64,000 nucleotides of DNA from Puia sp. (GTDB taxonomy: Bacteria; Bacteroidota; Bacteroidia; Chitinophagales; Chitinophagaceae): assembly GCA_035317125.1 (NCBI GenBank), contig DATHHO010000194.1:17930-81929 (forward strand), read 5' to 3'. The translations under genes and the position numbers were made by a program. The notes under the pieces were generated by a model, which was given only the letters and a program-made list of their open reading frames with translations, had not been told where the DNA came from and did not search any database. This document shows, in pieces, positions 34,641 through 44,249 of the stretch (positions within the stretch are counted from its first letter, which is position 1; each line of letters opens with the position of its first letter).

Positions 34641-36944
34641 TCAGCCATTGCTGGTGGCGGCGCGGCTTTTTTCCTGTTCGGCCCCTCCGCTCCTTTTCGG
34701 TGCGGCGCCGATGGTGCGGCTGCCAAAGCCGTAGCTGAAACTGATGGTGGCGATCCTCGTCTCCCTCCGGGTGGTAAAGGATTCGAAATAATCGGTGAAG
34801 GTCGTGGTCCCCCGCACGTAATTGGAGAAGAAGATATCCGACACGTTCAGCTTGATCGTGCCTTTATTTTTCAGGATGGTCCGCTGAACGCCTGCCGTTA
34901 CCTGCCATTGAGGCCTGATATAATAAAATCCATAGACCTCGCCCGCCCGGTAGAAGCCATTCAGTTCTCCTTTCCAGATCTTGCCCATCGTGAGGCTGTT
35001 GTTGCTGTTCAGGTTCCAGGTGAGATTGCCCTTGTCGAGATCCGTATTCGCCAGGCTGCCTTTATAATGACCGTAGTACAGAGAAAGATCGGTGCTGGTG
35101 TTCCACCATCTGGTCACCTGCAAGGGCAGGGAAAAAGAAAGCGTATAATAGCGCACTTTGTCAAGGTTCTTATTGCCCTGGACGGTGACATGCCCGTTCG
35201 ACTCCAGGGGATACAGCACTTCGGTGATATTATCGCGGGTGACGCTGTAGGATACCGTGGTGGTCAGCTTCTGCCGGAAGGTATGGGACAATTCGAAATT
35301 ATAGGTTTCCTGCGGCCGCAGATAAGGATTGCCGGCCGTATAGGTCGTGGGATCGATATAGAATTTGAAGGGGTTCAGCTGCTTGTAGGTTGGCCGGTCG
35401 ATCCTCCTGCCCGCCGCAAAGGAGAATTCATGTTTGTCCGAGAGGGTGTACTTCACCGTGAGATGCGGGAACAACTGCAGATAGCTGCTGTCGAAGGCCT
35501 CGGCCGTGGTCAGCTGATCCCCCCGGACCCTTGTCTGTTCAGCCCGGACGCCCAGCTCATAATTCCATTTCTTATGGTCAAGGGTCCACGTAAAATAGGC
35601 GGCCTGGATATTTTCCTTGTAAATAAAGTGGTTGCTCTTGGAGGTGTCCAGTACCGGTGAGCCGCCGCTCTCGTCGAAGAAGGCGATATCATTGTCGGAA
35701 TGGACATAGCTTGTCTTGAACCCCATCTCTATCTTTACCCCATGCCCCAACGGTCGCGTATAGGCGGCCTTCAGCGATTCGATCCGGAGCCGGCCGGGCA
35801 GGGAGCCGGATAAAATATAGGAAGGCGACAGCGGGGAGCCATCGGGCTTGAAATAATTCGTGGTGAAATCCTGCACCGTATTGTTCCAGTAACGGGCATA
35901 GTCGAGGTCTACATCGAGCTCGGTTCCGCTCGTGTCGAAATGATGCCGGAGACTCGCGTTGAGCGCATAATTGTACCAGCGTTCGTCGGAGCGGTTGGTA
36001 GTGCGGAACGTAGATACCTGCCGGTCGGCCGGGTCCAGCACATCCGAGGAGTTGTCCCCCTTCAGCGTATAGCTGTTCTTCAGGCCATTCGCCACCCATC
36101 CGATCACCGTGTGGGGCGAGAGGTTGTAGTCCATGCCCAGTCTGGCCACCTGGGTGTGGAAGGGAAAAATAATATTATCCCGTTGCCGGTAGGCGCCCAC
36201 GGCCGTATCGCCGCTGAAAAAACGACGATACAGCAGGGGGTTGACAAAGCCTTTGCGGTAGGAATAATTGTAGCTGCCAAAGATATTCAGCGCGCCGTGG
36301 CGATAGTTGAGCGTGATGCCTTCGCTCATTTTTGAATACAGCCCTTGTCCGGCGCTGAGATTGAGGGTGCCATTAAAGCCCGATAACTGGTTTTTCTTAG
36401 TCCGTATGTTGATGATCCCCGCACTGCCCGCCGCCTCGTATTTTGCGCCGGGGTTGGTGATCAGTTCTATTTTTTCGATCGTGTTGGCGGGCATGGCCCT
36501 GAGCTGATTGGCGAGGTCGGTGCCCGACAGGGGAGACAGCTTCCCGTCGATCATGATGATGACCCCCTGCCGGCCCTTCAGACTGATGTTGTCGTTCTGG
36601 TCCGTAGATACGCCAGGGGAGCGGGCGAGGATCTCGAAGACGGAACTTCCGGCGGCGGTGATGCTGCTCTCGACATTGATGATGGTCATGCCCGGCCGGT
36701 GTTCGATGAGGGGTTTCTTACCGGCGACGATCACGCTCTTCAGGGTTTTGGCGCCGGAGGCAGGCAGGCTGTCCCCCGTACCAGTGGCTGCGAGACTGTC
36801 CTGCTTTTGAGCCTGACCAAAGGCCCGCGGGGCGGCCGCCAAAAAGAGAAGGGTGCAGATGGACGCCAGGACTGCCTTGACCGGCGCGAAGGCCCTGCCG
36901 GGAGCGTCGGCCGTTATCCGCGTGAGCCGGGGGAAATGAGCCAT
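34641..36944 (-). CDS. TonB-dependent receptor (OMP beta-barrel_3 type, non-SusC)
   Basis: Signal peptide; LKSVIVAGKKPLIE, EILARSPGV, IEKIELITNPGAKYEAAGSAGIINI plug; RRIDRPTYKQLNPF, GNPYLRPQ; ISFSYGFG. Confidence 0.92.
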   Translation of the reverse strand: MAHFPRLTRITADAPGRAFAPVKAVLASICTLLFLAAAPRAFGQAQKQDSLAATGTGDSLPASGAKTLKSVIVAGKKPLIEHRPGMTIINVESSITAAGSSVFEILARSPGVSTDQNDNISLKGRQGVIIMIDGKLSPLSGTDLANQLRAMPANTIEKIELITNPGAKYEAAGSAGIINIRTKKNQLSGFNGTLNLSAGQGLYSKMSEGITLNYRHGALNIFGSYNYSYRKGFVNPLLYRRFFSGDTAVGAYRQRDNIIFPFHTQVARLGMDYNLSPHTVIGWVANGLKNSYTLKGDNSSDVLDPADRQVSTFRTTNRSDERWYNYALNASLRHHFDTSGTELDVDLDYARYWNNTVQDFTTNYFKPDGSPLSPSYILSGSLPGRLRIESLKAAYTRPLGHGVKIEMGFKTSYVHSDNDIAFFDESGGSPVLDTSKSNHFIYKENIQAAYFTWTLDHKKWNYELGVRAEQTRVRGDQLTTAEAFDSSYLQLFPHLTVKYTLSDKHEFSFAAGRRIDRPTYKQLNPFKFYIDPTTYTAGNPYLRPQETYNFELSHTFRQKLTTTVSYSVTRDNITEVLYPLESNGHVTVQGNKNLDKVRYYTLSFSLPLQVTRWWNTSTDLSLYYGHYKGSLANTDLDKGNLTWNLNSNNSLTMGKIWKGELNGFYRAGEVYGFYYIRPQWQVTAGVQRTILKNKGTIKLNVSDIFFSNYVRGTTTFTDYFESFTTRRETRIATISFSYGFGSRTIGAAPKRSGGAEQEKSRAATSNG

Positions 36945-36993
36945 ACGATTGTTTAAAGATGGCCCAAAGTAATTTCTTTTTGAGGGGGCGTCT

Positions 36994-37012
36994 ATCCCCC
37001 CAATGGGGTGAT
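36994..37012. promoter_or_regulatory. Candidate 8-3-8 operator site upstream of the TBDR gene
   Basis: ATCCCCCC-AAT-GGGGTGAT, 50-68 nt from the ATG at 36944. Confidence 0.5.
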
Positions 37013-37026
37013 ATGGATGAGTGGTT

Positions 37027-37332
37027 CTATTTGTATTTCTTCCTGGGGCTTTGCGAAGTGTGGAATACTGAAATTATCCTTATTGTTCTTTTACTGTTGA
37101 TCTTATAAATGATTAAAAAGGGGAAAGTAGGAACAGGTGTTTCTTTGTAAGATTTATATCGGCTGGGATATCTGCCAGGGGTCTTCTCTATATCTTTGAT
37201 CCGGTCAAGGACTTCTGCAAGAAATCTGTCCCCGAGTCCTCGCTGTCTTTCTTCATACCAATCCCAGGATATTGCCATCTCTTTTTGCGCCCGGCTTGAT
37301 AAGATGCTGAAATGATTCAGCTTATTTGCCAT
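37027..37332 (-). CDS. Type II toxin, RelE/ParE family
   Basis: SRAQKEMAISWDWYEERQRGLGDRF...I...P.RY...FPFLIIY...IISVFHTSQSP; start ATG 37332. Confidence 0.9.
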   Translation of the reverse strand: MANKLNHFSILSSRAQKEMAISWDWYEERQRGLGDRFLAEVLDRIKDIEKTPGRYPSRYKSYKETPVPTFPFLIIYKINSKRTIRIISVFHTSQSPRKKYK

Positions 37333-37582
37333 AACGTTTCTTTCGCAGTTTGTCAATAGACGCTTCCAGCTGTGGAACGGTAAAGCCCTTATCCGCGCCT
37401 GATTCTAACGCTTCGTAGCGATTATCTAATTCAGCAATAAAACCCTTGTTTTTCCACCATTCATTCGTTTCCTCAATTTCGTTTTCGAGAAGGTTATAAA
37501 TGGCGTTTAATTTCTTATCATCCGCTACGCGGATATAATCATATAATTTATGGCGGATTGAAGCGCTTTGATTTGGACTCAT
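37322..37582 (-). CDS. Putative antitoxin (addiction-module type)
   Basis: Upstream of and overlapping the toxin by 11 nt; IRHKLYDYIRVADDKKLNAIY...ELDNRYEALESG; start ATG 37582; TATCTTTG -7 element at 37600-37607 (minus strand). Confidence 0.8.
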   Translation of the reverse strand: MSPNQSASIRHKLYDYIRVADDKKLNAIYNLLENEIEETNEWWKNKGFIAELDNRYEALESGADKGFTVPQLEASIDKLRKKRYGK

Positions 37583-37694
37583 ACAAAGATTCTTATTTAC
37601 AAAGATAACCTTTACAAAGAAAGAATAAAAATGATCGGTCATAGATTAAACAATTGATATTCAATCAATTACATTGAATAAACAGTAGAGCACC

Positions 37695-38708
37695 TTAATA
37701 GCTCTTTTCTTCGATCGAGTCGAGGATGCCGCAATAACCGATATAGCGGTCTTCGTGGATCAGCCCGTCCCGCACGGCCTGTTTCACCATGCATCCGGGC
37801 TCTTCCATGTGCAGGCAGTTATTGAACTGGCACTGACCGGCCAGGACACGCATCTCGGGATAGTAGCCCGAAAGTTCCTGTCTGGAGATATCCACCAGCC
37901 CGAATTCGCGCATACCGGGGGTGTCGATGATCTGGCCGCCGCCGGCCGCAGCAGATCCGCCGCTGGCTGCATCGCCCGCATTGCCGCGATGAGATCCGCC
38001 GGTCACGATGCCCGCGCCGTCCTGCCCCGCAGGCAGATCAAACATCTCCGCAAACGTAGTCGTATGGATGCCCTTGCCGCTCCACCCGCTGACCTCGTGC
38101 GTCTTACGGTTAAGCGATGGGAAGATAGCATTCAGAAAAGAAGATTTCCCCACGCCGGAATGCCCGCTGAGCAGACTGATCTTACCCAGGAGGGTCTCCT
38201 TCAGCTCGTCCACTCCTTCCCCCTTCTGGACGCTCATCCGGATCACCCGGTAGCCGATGGCCCCGTACATATCCTTCCACTGTCCGAACCTATCCTCCTC
38301 CTTTTTCCGGTAAAGGTCGGTCTTGTTGAATACCAGGATGGCGGGTACATGATAGGCCTCGCAGGCTACGAGGAAACGGTCGATAAAACCCTGCGATGTG
38401 CGCGGGTCCTTCAGGGTGGCGATGAGCAGGGATTGATCGATATTGGCAGCGATGATATGATGCTGCATCTTATGGGATGGGGATTGCCGGTTGATATAAT
38501 TCCTCCGGTCGTGGATCTCCGTTATATTGGCCGTCCTTTCTTCCGTGCTCTCCATTTCCAGTTCCACGTCGTCGCCTACGGCAAGGGGATTGGTCGAGGT
38601 GATCTCGTCCAGCTTGAAGACTCCTCTGATACGGGCATTCCACATCGTTCCGTCCTCCGCCTTGACGATATACCAGCTTCCCGTCGATTTATAGACTTTT
38701 GCGCGCAT
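37695..38708 (-). CDS. rsgA: Ribosome small subunit-dependent GTPase A
   Basis: OB fold KSTGSWY; NKTD, GHSGVGKSS, HTTT, IIDTPG; Zn finger CQFNNCLHMEEPGC. Confidence 0.96.
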   Translation of the reverse strand: MRAKVYKSTGSWYIVKAEDGTMWNARIRGVFKLDEITSTNPLAVGDDVELEMESTEERTANITEIHDRRNYINRQSPSHKMQHHIIAANIDQSLLIATLKDPRTSQGFIDRFLVACEAYHVPAILVFNKTDLYRKKEEDRFGQWKDMYGAIGYRVIRMSVQKGEGVDELKETLLGKISLLSGHSGVGKSSFLNAIFPSLNRKTHEVSGWSGKGIHTTTFAEMFDLPAGQDGAGIVTGGSHRGNAGDAASGGSAAAGGGQIIDTPGMREFGLVDISRQELSGYYPEMRVLAGQCQFNNCLHMEEPGCMVKQAVRDGLIHEDRYIGYCGILDSIEEKSY

Positions 38709-38777
38709 GGGGGCGAAATTACAATAAATAAGGTCTGGAATGTCTGGGCGGGAGACCGGCGGCGCAGATTCGCGGGC

Positions 38778-39785
38778 CTATGGGAACTTGCGGAATACCG
38801 TCCAGCGCAGCAGGAATTCCAGCATCAGGAACAGGACGGCGGCGAAGGCGAATGGAAAGAACTGCTCGCTGTAGCGCCGGATGGCCGTTACCTCGATCCG
38901 GGATTTTTCCAGGTGGTCGATCTCGCTGTAGATACTGTGAAGGCTCTCGTTATCTTTTGCGCGGTAATATTTTCCACCCGTCTCCTGTGCGATCTGGGTG
39001 AGCAGCTTCTCATCGATGTTCACTTTCTCCCGCTGCATGACCACTCCGTTGGCCGTCTGGAAGGGCACCATCGCAAAGCCTTCCGTTCCCATCCCGACCG
39101 TGTACACCCGCACGCCGACCGACTTGGCGATCTCCTTGGCGCTGTTGGGGTCGATGAGGCCACCATTGTTCTCCCCATCCGTCAGCAGGATAATGACCTT
39201 GCTCTTCGAAGGGGAATTGCGCAGCCGGTCGACCCCGGTGGCGAGGCCCGAACCGATGGCGGTGCCATCCTCCAGCAATCCGCTCTGTACATTATTCAGT
39301 TGTGTCTTCAGCACGGAACGGTCGGTGGTCAGCGGGCACATGGTAAAGCTCTCCCCGGAAAAGATCACCAGCCCGATCCTGTCGGTAGGACGGTTGTCGA
39401 TAAATTCGCCGGCCACGGCCTTGGCAGCCTCCATACGGTTGGGGGTGAAATCCGTTGCCAGCATGCTGCCGCTGATATCCAGACAAAGTACGATATCGAT
39501 CCCCTCTCCGTTGACCAGCTGCTCGTCATTGCGGGTCTGGGGCCTTGCCAGCGCAAAGATCAGGCTGCTGACGGCCAGCAGTCTCAGCACAAAAGGGATG
39601 GGCCGCAGCGCATTCTTCCAGGAACGCGGACCCCTCGCAAACGGGCGCACCGTGGACACCAGCACCGTCCCCTGCGCCATGCCGGATCTTTTCCATTCCC
39701 AGTACAGCAAGAGGGGTACCAGGGCAAAGAGCCCGAAGAACGCCGGCTGGCCAAAGCTGATATGTTGATACCACTCGTAGATCAA
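38778..39785 (-). CDS. batA: VWA-domain protein BatA
   Basis: N-terminal BatA TM region; MIDAS DISGS, DRIGLVIFSG, GTAIG, ILLTDGENN, RVYTVGMG. Confidence 0.9.
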   Translation of the reverse strand: MIYEWYQHISFGQPAFFGLFALVPLLLYWEWKRSGMAQGTVLVSTVRPFARGPRSWKNALRPIPFVLRLLAVSSLIFALARPQTRNDEQLVNGEGIDIVLCLDISGSMLATDFTPNRMEAAKAVAGEFIDNRPTDRIGLVIFSGESFTMCPLTTDRSVLKTQLNNVQSGLLEDGTAIGSGLATGVDRLRNSPSKSKVIILLTDGENNGGLIDPNSAKEIAKSVGVRVYTVGMGTEGFAMVPFQTANGVVMQREKVNIDEKLLTQIAQETGGKYYRAKDNESLHSIYSEIDHLEKSRIEVTAIRRYSEQFFPFAFAAVLFLMLEFLLRWTVFRKFP

Positions 39786-40877
39786 TTATTTCTCTTGTTT
39801 ATTTAGTTGGTTGACCGGTCCTCCCGTTGCGTCCGGGCCCTTCAGGTTATAGTTTGTCTGTGGTCCCGCAGTGGTCATTGTCTGCGCGCGTTCCGCCTCC
39901 TTTGCCCTCTCCAGCTCATCGAGGCTTCCGAGGGAGGCGCGGATCACTTCGAAACTTTGCTCATTATCACCGGCGCCCGGCTGGTATTTCGCGAATTTTA
40001 CAAAGTCGGTCATCCGCAAGGTGTCCGACAGCCTTGTGAATTCTTCGGCAGGAAGAGGCAGCTTGCGCAGCTTCCCGATCAGCTCTTCATTGGTCTCCGA
40101 AAGGCTGGCGATACCCAGCCGGCGAAGGATGAACTGGCGGAGGATATCATTGAGCCGGGTATAATATATTTTTACCTGGCCATTCTCGGCAAGCCGCTGC
40201 TGCCGCAGCTCTTCGAGCTGCCGGACGGCTTCCTCATAAGGCGACAGCCTTGGCCTGAGCAGTTCCTGCAACGCACCCGCCTTCAGCAGCTTCTTCTTCC
40301 GCACCAGCCAGATGACGATGGCGAGCGCCAGCAGGGTGAAGCCGCCGACGATCCAGCCGATCCATTTCGCAAAGGGGTTGGGTATGTCGATAATATCCCT
40401 GATATCATGATAATCTTTGGAGGCGTCGAATTTGGAATAGCCGACCCCGACGCGTACGGAGTCGGTGAAATATTTTTTTGTACCCACGGCAAAGGGCAGC
40501 CGCGGAATGGACCAGGCCCCGGAATCGAAGCTGGTGATGGTGAGGTACTGCCGGTAATAGCGTTCGCCGGTGCGTATCACGGAATCCGTCTTGCCCCTTT
40601 CCACAAAATCGAAATGCGGAAGGCTGTCCAGCGGGGGCCAGGACAGTTGCGCATCGGCAGGTACGGTGGCTTCCAGCATGAGCTGGATGGGCTCGCCGAT
40701 AAGGATCTCGTGTTTGTCAACGGTGGCTTTTACCGGAGAGGGCAGTTGCGGCGCGGGCGCGGATGATCGCCGGGTATGCGGGGCTTGCTGATGCGGAGCC
40801 TGCGCGGGGACAGTCCGGGCCTGGAGCAGGAGAATGAGGGTGCATGCTAACGCTATATGTAGGGGTTGTTGTCTCAT
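39786..40877 (-). CDS. Bat-operon membrane protein (BatD-like Ig domain + TM)
   Basis: Signal peptide; KHEILIGEPIQL, LTITSFDSG, DYHDIRDI, TM, SPYEEA, YYTRLNDILRQF, DFVKFAKY. Confidence 0.85.
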   Translation of the reverse strand: MRQQPLHIALACTLILLLQARTVPAQAPHQQAPHTRRSSAPAPQLPSPVKATVDKHEILIGEPIQLMLEATVPADAQLSWPPLDSLPHFDFVERGKTDSVIRTGERYYRQYLTITSFDSGAWSIPRLPFAVGTKKYFTDSVRVGVGYSKFDASKDYHDIRDIIDIPNPFAKWIGWIVGGFTLLALAIVIWLVRKKKLLKAGALQELLRPRLSPYEEAVRQLEELRQQRLAENGQVKIYYTRLNDILRQFILRRLGIASLSETNEELIGKLRKLPLPAEEFTRLSDTLRMTDFVKFAKYQPGAGDNEQSFEVIRASLGSLDELERAKEAERAQTMTTAGPQTNYNLKGPDATGGPVNQLNKQEK

Positions 40878-40880
40878 TTT

Positions 40881-41864
40881 CTAAGCCGGGCGGTTGCGCC
40901 CGACGAAAAACCGTTGTAATATTTTAACATAATCCTCATCCGTACGCAGATGGAGGAGATCGCAACCGGCTTTGCTGAAAATACTTTTGCAATGTTCCGT
41001 ATGATCAAAAAAATATTGCTGATAAGCGGTACGCACAAGGAAGTCGCTGGTGTCGACCCAATACCTTTTCCCCGTCTCCGCGTCCTCCGCCTCGATCATG
41101 CCGATGGCGGGCAGCTCCATATCCATTTTGTCGTATACTTTTATCCCGATCATGTCGTGTTTCTTCCCGGCCACTCTCAGCGCCTCTTCGAACCGGACGG
41201 TGTGATCTTCGCGGCGGAGACGGGAGGCGGATACCGCGCCGGCGGAAGACCCGGTATTGGCGGCGGTTCCGGCGTTGGGCGTCCCCGGCTCGGGGCCCGA
41301 GTCCTCTGCAAAATCGCTGAGGAGGAACACGATGCTCTTCGAGCGGACCGACCGGGTGAGGAAGCGGATGGCCTCGTTCACGCTGGTGCCTTTTTGTTTG
41401 GGCTCCGTGGTCAGCAGCTGTCTCACGATATAGAGTACATGGTCCCGTCCTTTCTTTGGCGGGATATATCCTTCGATCTTGTCGCTGAACATGATCATCC
41501 CTACCTTATCGTTGTTGTTGATGGCGGAGAAAGCCAGCACCGAACAGATCTCGGTGATGAGGTCCTTCTTACGCGCATGGACCGTCCCGAACAAAGAGCT
41601 GGCGCTCACATCGACCAGCAGCATCACGGTCAGCTCCCGTTCTTCCTCGAACAGCTTGCTGAAGGGATGGTTGAAGCGCGCCGAGACATTCCAGTCGATG
41701 AAGCGGATATCGTCCCCCGCCGCATATTCCCGCACTTCCCGGAAGCTCATCCCCCTGCCCTTGAAGGCGCTATGGTATTCACCCGTGAACAGGTGTCGGG
41801 TGAGCCGCTTGCTTTTTATTTCCAGCTCACGGACCTTCTTTAATATTTCGGCAGTGGTCAGCAT
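40881..41864 (-). CDS. DUF58 domain protein
   Basis: GEYHSAFKGRGMSFREVREY..GDDIRFIDWNVSAR, EERELTVMLLVDVSAS. Confidence 0.93.
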   Translation of the reverse strand: MLTTAEILKKVRELEIKSKRLTRHLFTGEYHSAFKGRGMSFREVREYAAGDDIRFIDWNVSARFNHPFSKLFEEERELTVMLLVDVSASSLFGTVHARKKDLITEICSVLAFSAINNNDKVGMIMFSDKIEGYIPPKKGRDHVLYIVRQLLTTEPKQKGTSVNEAIRFLTRSVRSKSIVFLLSDFAEDSGPEPGTPNAGTAANTGSSAGAVSASRLRREDHTVRFEEALRVAGKKHDMIGIKVYDKMDMELPAIGMIEAEDAETGKRYWVDTSDFLVRTAYQQYFFDHTEHCKSIFSKAGCDLLHLRTDEDYVKILQRFFVGRNRPA

Positions 41865-41886
41865 GTATCCTGCGGGTCGTCTTTTA

Positions 41887-42888
41887 TTATGGAATGGGTA
41901 TGGCTTTTAAGATCTCATCGATGATCTGCTCCACTTTCATGCTCTCCGCCTCCGCCTCGTAGGTGAGGCCGATGCGATGACGGAGCACGTCTTTGGAGAT
42001 GGTGCGGACATCCTCGGGAATGGTATAGCCCCGCTTGTTGAGGAAGGCGTTGGCCTTGGCGGCGAGGGCCAGATTGATGCTTGCACGGGGGCTGCCTCCG
42101 TAGGCGATCATGGGCTTCAGCCTTTCCAGCTTGTATTTCTCGGGCGTCCGCGTGGCGAATACGATATCCAGGATATAGTGCTCTACTTTTTCGTCCATAT
42201 AGATCTGCCGGGTAAGTTCCCTGGCCTGGATGATCTCCTGCATCGAAACCACCTGTTCTACTTTGGGCGCCTTCATGCCCTGCACGTTCTGCCGGATGAT
42301 CATCTGCTCCTCCTGTTTGGTCGGATAATCCACGATCACTTTCATGATGAACCGGTCCTGCTGCGCCTCGGGAAGCGGATAGGTGCCTTCCTGTTCGAGG
42401 GGATTCTGCGTGGCCAGCACCAGAAAAGGCTCTTCCAGCTTGTGGCTGGTGTCGCCGATGGTGACCTGTCTTTCCTGCATGGCCTCGAGCAGCGCGCTCT
42501 GCACCTTAGCGGGGGCGCGGTTGATCTCATCGGCGAGCACGAAATTGGCGAAGATGGGTCCCTTGCGGACCACGAATTCGTGTTTCTGCTGGTTGAAGAT
42601 CATGGTGCCGATCACGTCGGCGGGCAGGAGGTCGGGGGTGAACTGGATACGGCTGAATTTTCCATGGATGGCCTCCGCCAGGGATTTTATCGCCAGCGTC
42701 TTCGCAAGGCCAGGCACCCCTTCGAGCAGGACATGCCCATTGGTCAGCAGGCCCATAAGAAGGCGGTCGAGCATATAATGTTGTCCCACGATGACGCGGC
42801 CTATCTCATCGCGCAGTCTGTCGATAAAGGCAGCCTGGTACTGGATCTTATCATTGAGTTGTCTGATATCCTCGGCCGTATAAAGCAT
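41887..42888 (-). CDS. moxR: MoxR-family AAA+ ATPase
   Basis: Walker A EGVPGLAKT, RIQFTPDLLPAD, LADEINRAPAKVQSALLEAMQE, ATQNPLEQEGTYPLPEAQQDRF. Confidence 0.96.
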   Translation of the reverse strand: MLYTAEDIRQLNDKIQYQAAFIDRLRDEIGRVIVGQHYMLDRLLMGLLTNGHVLLEGVPGLAKTLAIKSLAEAIHGKFSRIQFTPDLLPADVIGTMIFNQQKHEFVVRKGPIFANFVLADEINRAPAKVQSALLEAMQERQVTIGDTSHKLEEPFLVLATQNPLEQEGTYPLPEAQQDRFIMKVIVDYPTKQEEQMIIRQNVQGMKAPKVEQVVSMQEIIQARELTRQIYMDEKVEHYILDIVFATRTPEKYKLERLKPMIAYGGSPRASINLALAAKANAFLNKRGYTIPEDVRTISKDVLRHRIGLTYEAEAESMKVEQIIDEILKAIPIP

Positions 42889-43045
42889 TGTTTATTAGAT
42901 TAGGTTGCAAAATACGAATTCAGTGGGCAAGTAGCTTGCCAAGTTCAGGGATTATCATTTTAATGTCGTTTTAATAGAGGACGCGGGCAATAATTTTTTA
43001 CCGGGGGAGTTTTAAACCTGGAGGGCCTTCGACCTTCCAAGATAA

Positions 43046-43507
43046 ATGATGAGAAGGATAAATTCGATATCCATATTATCCGTCCTTGTCGCCTGCCTCT
43101 CCCTGGCCTCCTGCGACAGCAACAGCTCTTCCGGCGAAAAGCTGAAATTGCTTACTCATTCTCCCTGGAAATACGAAAAAGCGGGCTTCGGCTCGGATGA
43201 TGATGGGGTATTCAATGCCCTGGACCCGCGTATTGCGGGCAATGAAAAGGACAATACCATCTTTTTCCGGACAGATGGTTCCGGGGCTTTTGTGCAATGC
43301 TCCGTCAAGGGCAAGCTTCCCCGTGCCGACAGTCTGCCCTTTATGTGGGCCTTTCAGAATAATGACAGCACCATTTATTTCAGGGACCAGTATTATAAGC
43401 TGCAGGAGCTGAATAACGACCATATGGTGATCTATGCGGACCAGAAACTGGGCGGGGTCAACAGGCGATATACCATCGTATTCCGGCACGCCGCGAACAA
43501 GCAATAA
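43046..43507 (+). CDS. Lipocalin-like lipoprotein
   Basis: LASC lipobox; LLTHSPWKY, KDNTIFFRTDGSG, PFMWAF. Confidence 0.8.
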   Translation: MMRRINSISILSVLVACLSLASCDSNSSSGEKLKLLTHSPWKYEKAGFGSDDDGVFNALDPRIAGNEKDNTIFFRTDGSGAFVQCSVKGKLPRADSLPFMWAFQNNDSTIYFRDQYYKLQELNNDHMVIYADQKLGGVNRRYTIVFRHAANKQ

Positions 43508-43533
43508 AAAGCGGGCTTTTTCGTTAGAGCCTT

Positions 43534-44001
43534 ATGCGAAAACAAGTGTTGATCGTACCTTTTCTGTTTTCTCTTCTGTTCCTGGCCATCTTTGTGGGCT
43601 GTGGCAAGAAATCGTCCCCTGCTCCCGATCCAGGCGCTTCGCCGATCACCCTGTCTTCCTGGAAATACGACACTTCGGGCGTCGATTTCGACAAGAACGG
43701 CACCATCGACTTTGCGGATACCCTCCTCAAAGCCTGCCAGAAGGACAATACCTATCTTTTCAAGAATGACAGCAGCGGCGTCAGCGATGAGTCGACCACC
43801 AGATGCAAGGTCTCGGACCCACAGACCGTTCCGTTTAACTGGGGCCTGCGGAATAATGGGACCATCCTGTTGCTGGCGGGAAATACCGTCCTTAGCGGCA
43901 GCCTGAATATCTCCAGCGTCACCTCCACCAAATTCAATCTTTACAAAGACACCACCGTCTCCGGGATACCGATCCGGTATCTGATCATGCTGAAACATTA
44001 G
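43534..44001 (+). CDS. Lipocalin-like lipoprotein (paralog of the upstream gene)
   Basis: FVGC lipobox; LSSWKY..GVDFDKNG, CQKDNTYLFKNDSSG, PFNWGL. Confidence 0.82.
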   Translation: MRKQVLIVPFLFSLLFLAIFVGCGKKSSPAPDPGASPITLSSWKYDTSGVDFDKNGTIDFADTLLKACQKDNTYLFKNDSSGVSDESTTRCKVSDPQTVPFNWGLRNNGTILLLAGNTVLSGSLNISSVTSTKFNLYKDTTVSGIPIRYLIMLKH

Positions 44002-44043
44002 CCTTCTTCTTTGAACATGGGAGGATGACTTGCGTTTTTGCTG

Positions 44044-44105
44044 ATAGAGGTTGAACTTTTGGAAAAGGTTCATTCTCAAGGTGTTCGAAAAAGTTCAACC
44101 TCTAT
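44044..44105. repeat. REP-like palindromic element, copy 2 (inverted relative to copy 1)
   Basis: ATAGAGGTTGAACTTTT (44044-44060) / AAAAGTTCAACCTCTAT (44089-44105); reverse-complemented loop shares AACA..TTGA.AATGAACC with copy 1. Confidence 0.85.
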
Positions 44106-44249
44106 TGCTGTTTGCGTATAGTGTGGGGGCGTCTTCACTGCGGAGTGAGTGCAGGCGGACTGGCCCGTGACGGGCCGAAAAGGACGGCGGACCGTAGGGC
44201 GAAGGGCGAAGGCAGCAAGCCGGAGACCCCCCGATGCCGGATCAGCCCT

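Noticed and set aside
37755-39806. 683-aa plus-strand ORF spanning rsgA and batA
   Set aside because: Antisense read-through of two well-supported genes that happen to share a frame; no motifs
38778-42888. moxR-DUF58-batD-like-batA operon as a novel system
   Set aside because: Standard Bacteroidota bat/MoxR chaperone locus; only the DUF58 insert is notable and is covered above
43505-43520. AAAAAG-CGGG-CTTTTT as a terminator
   Set aside because: Stem is mostly A:T and very weak; not supportable
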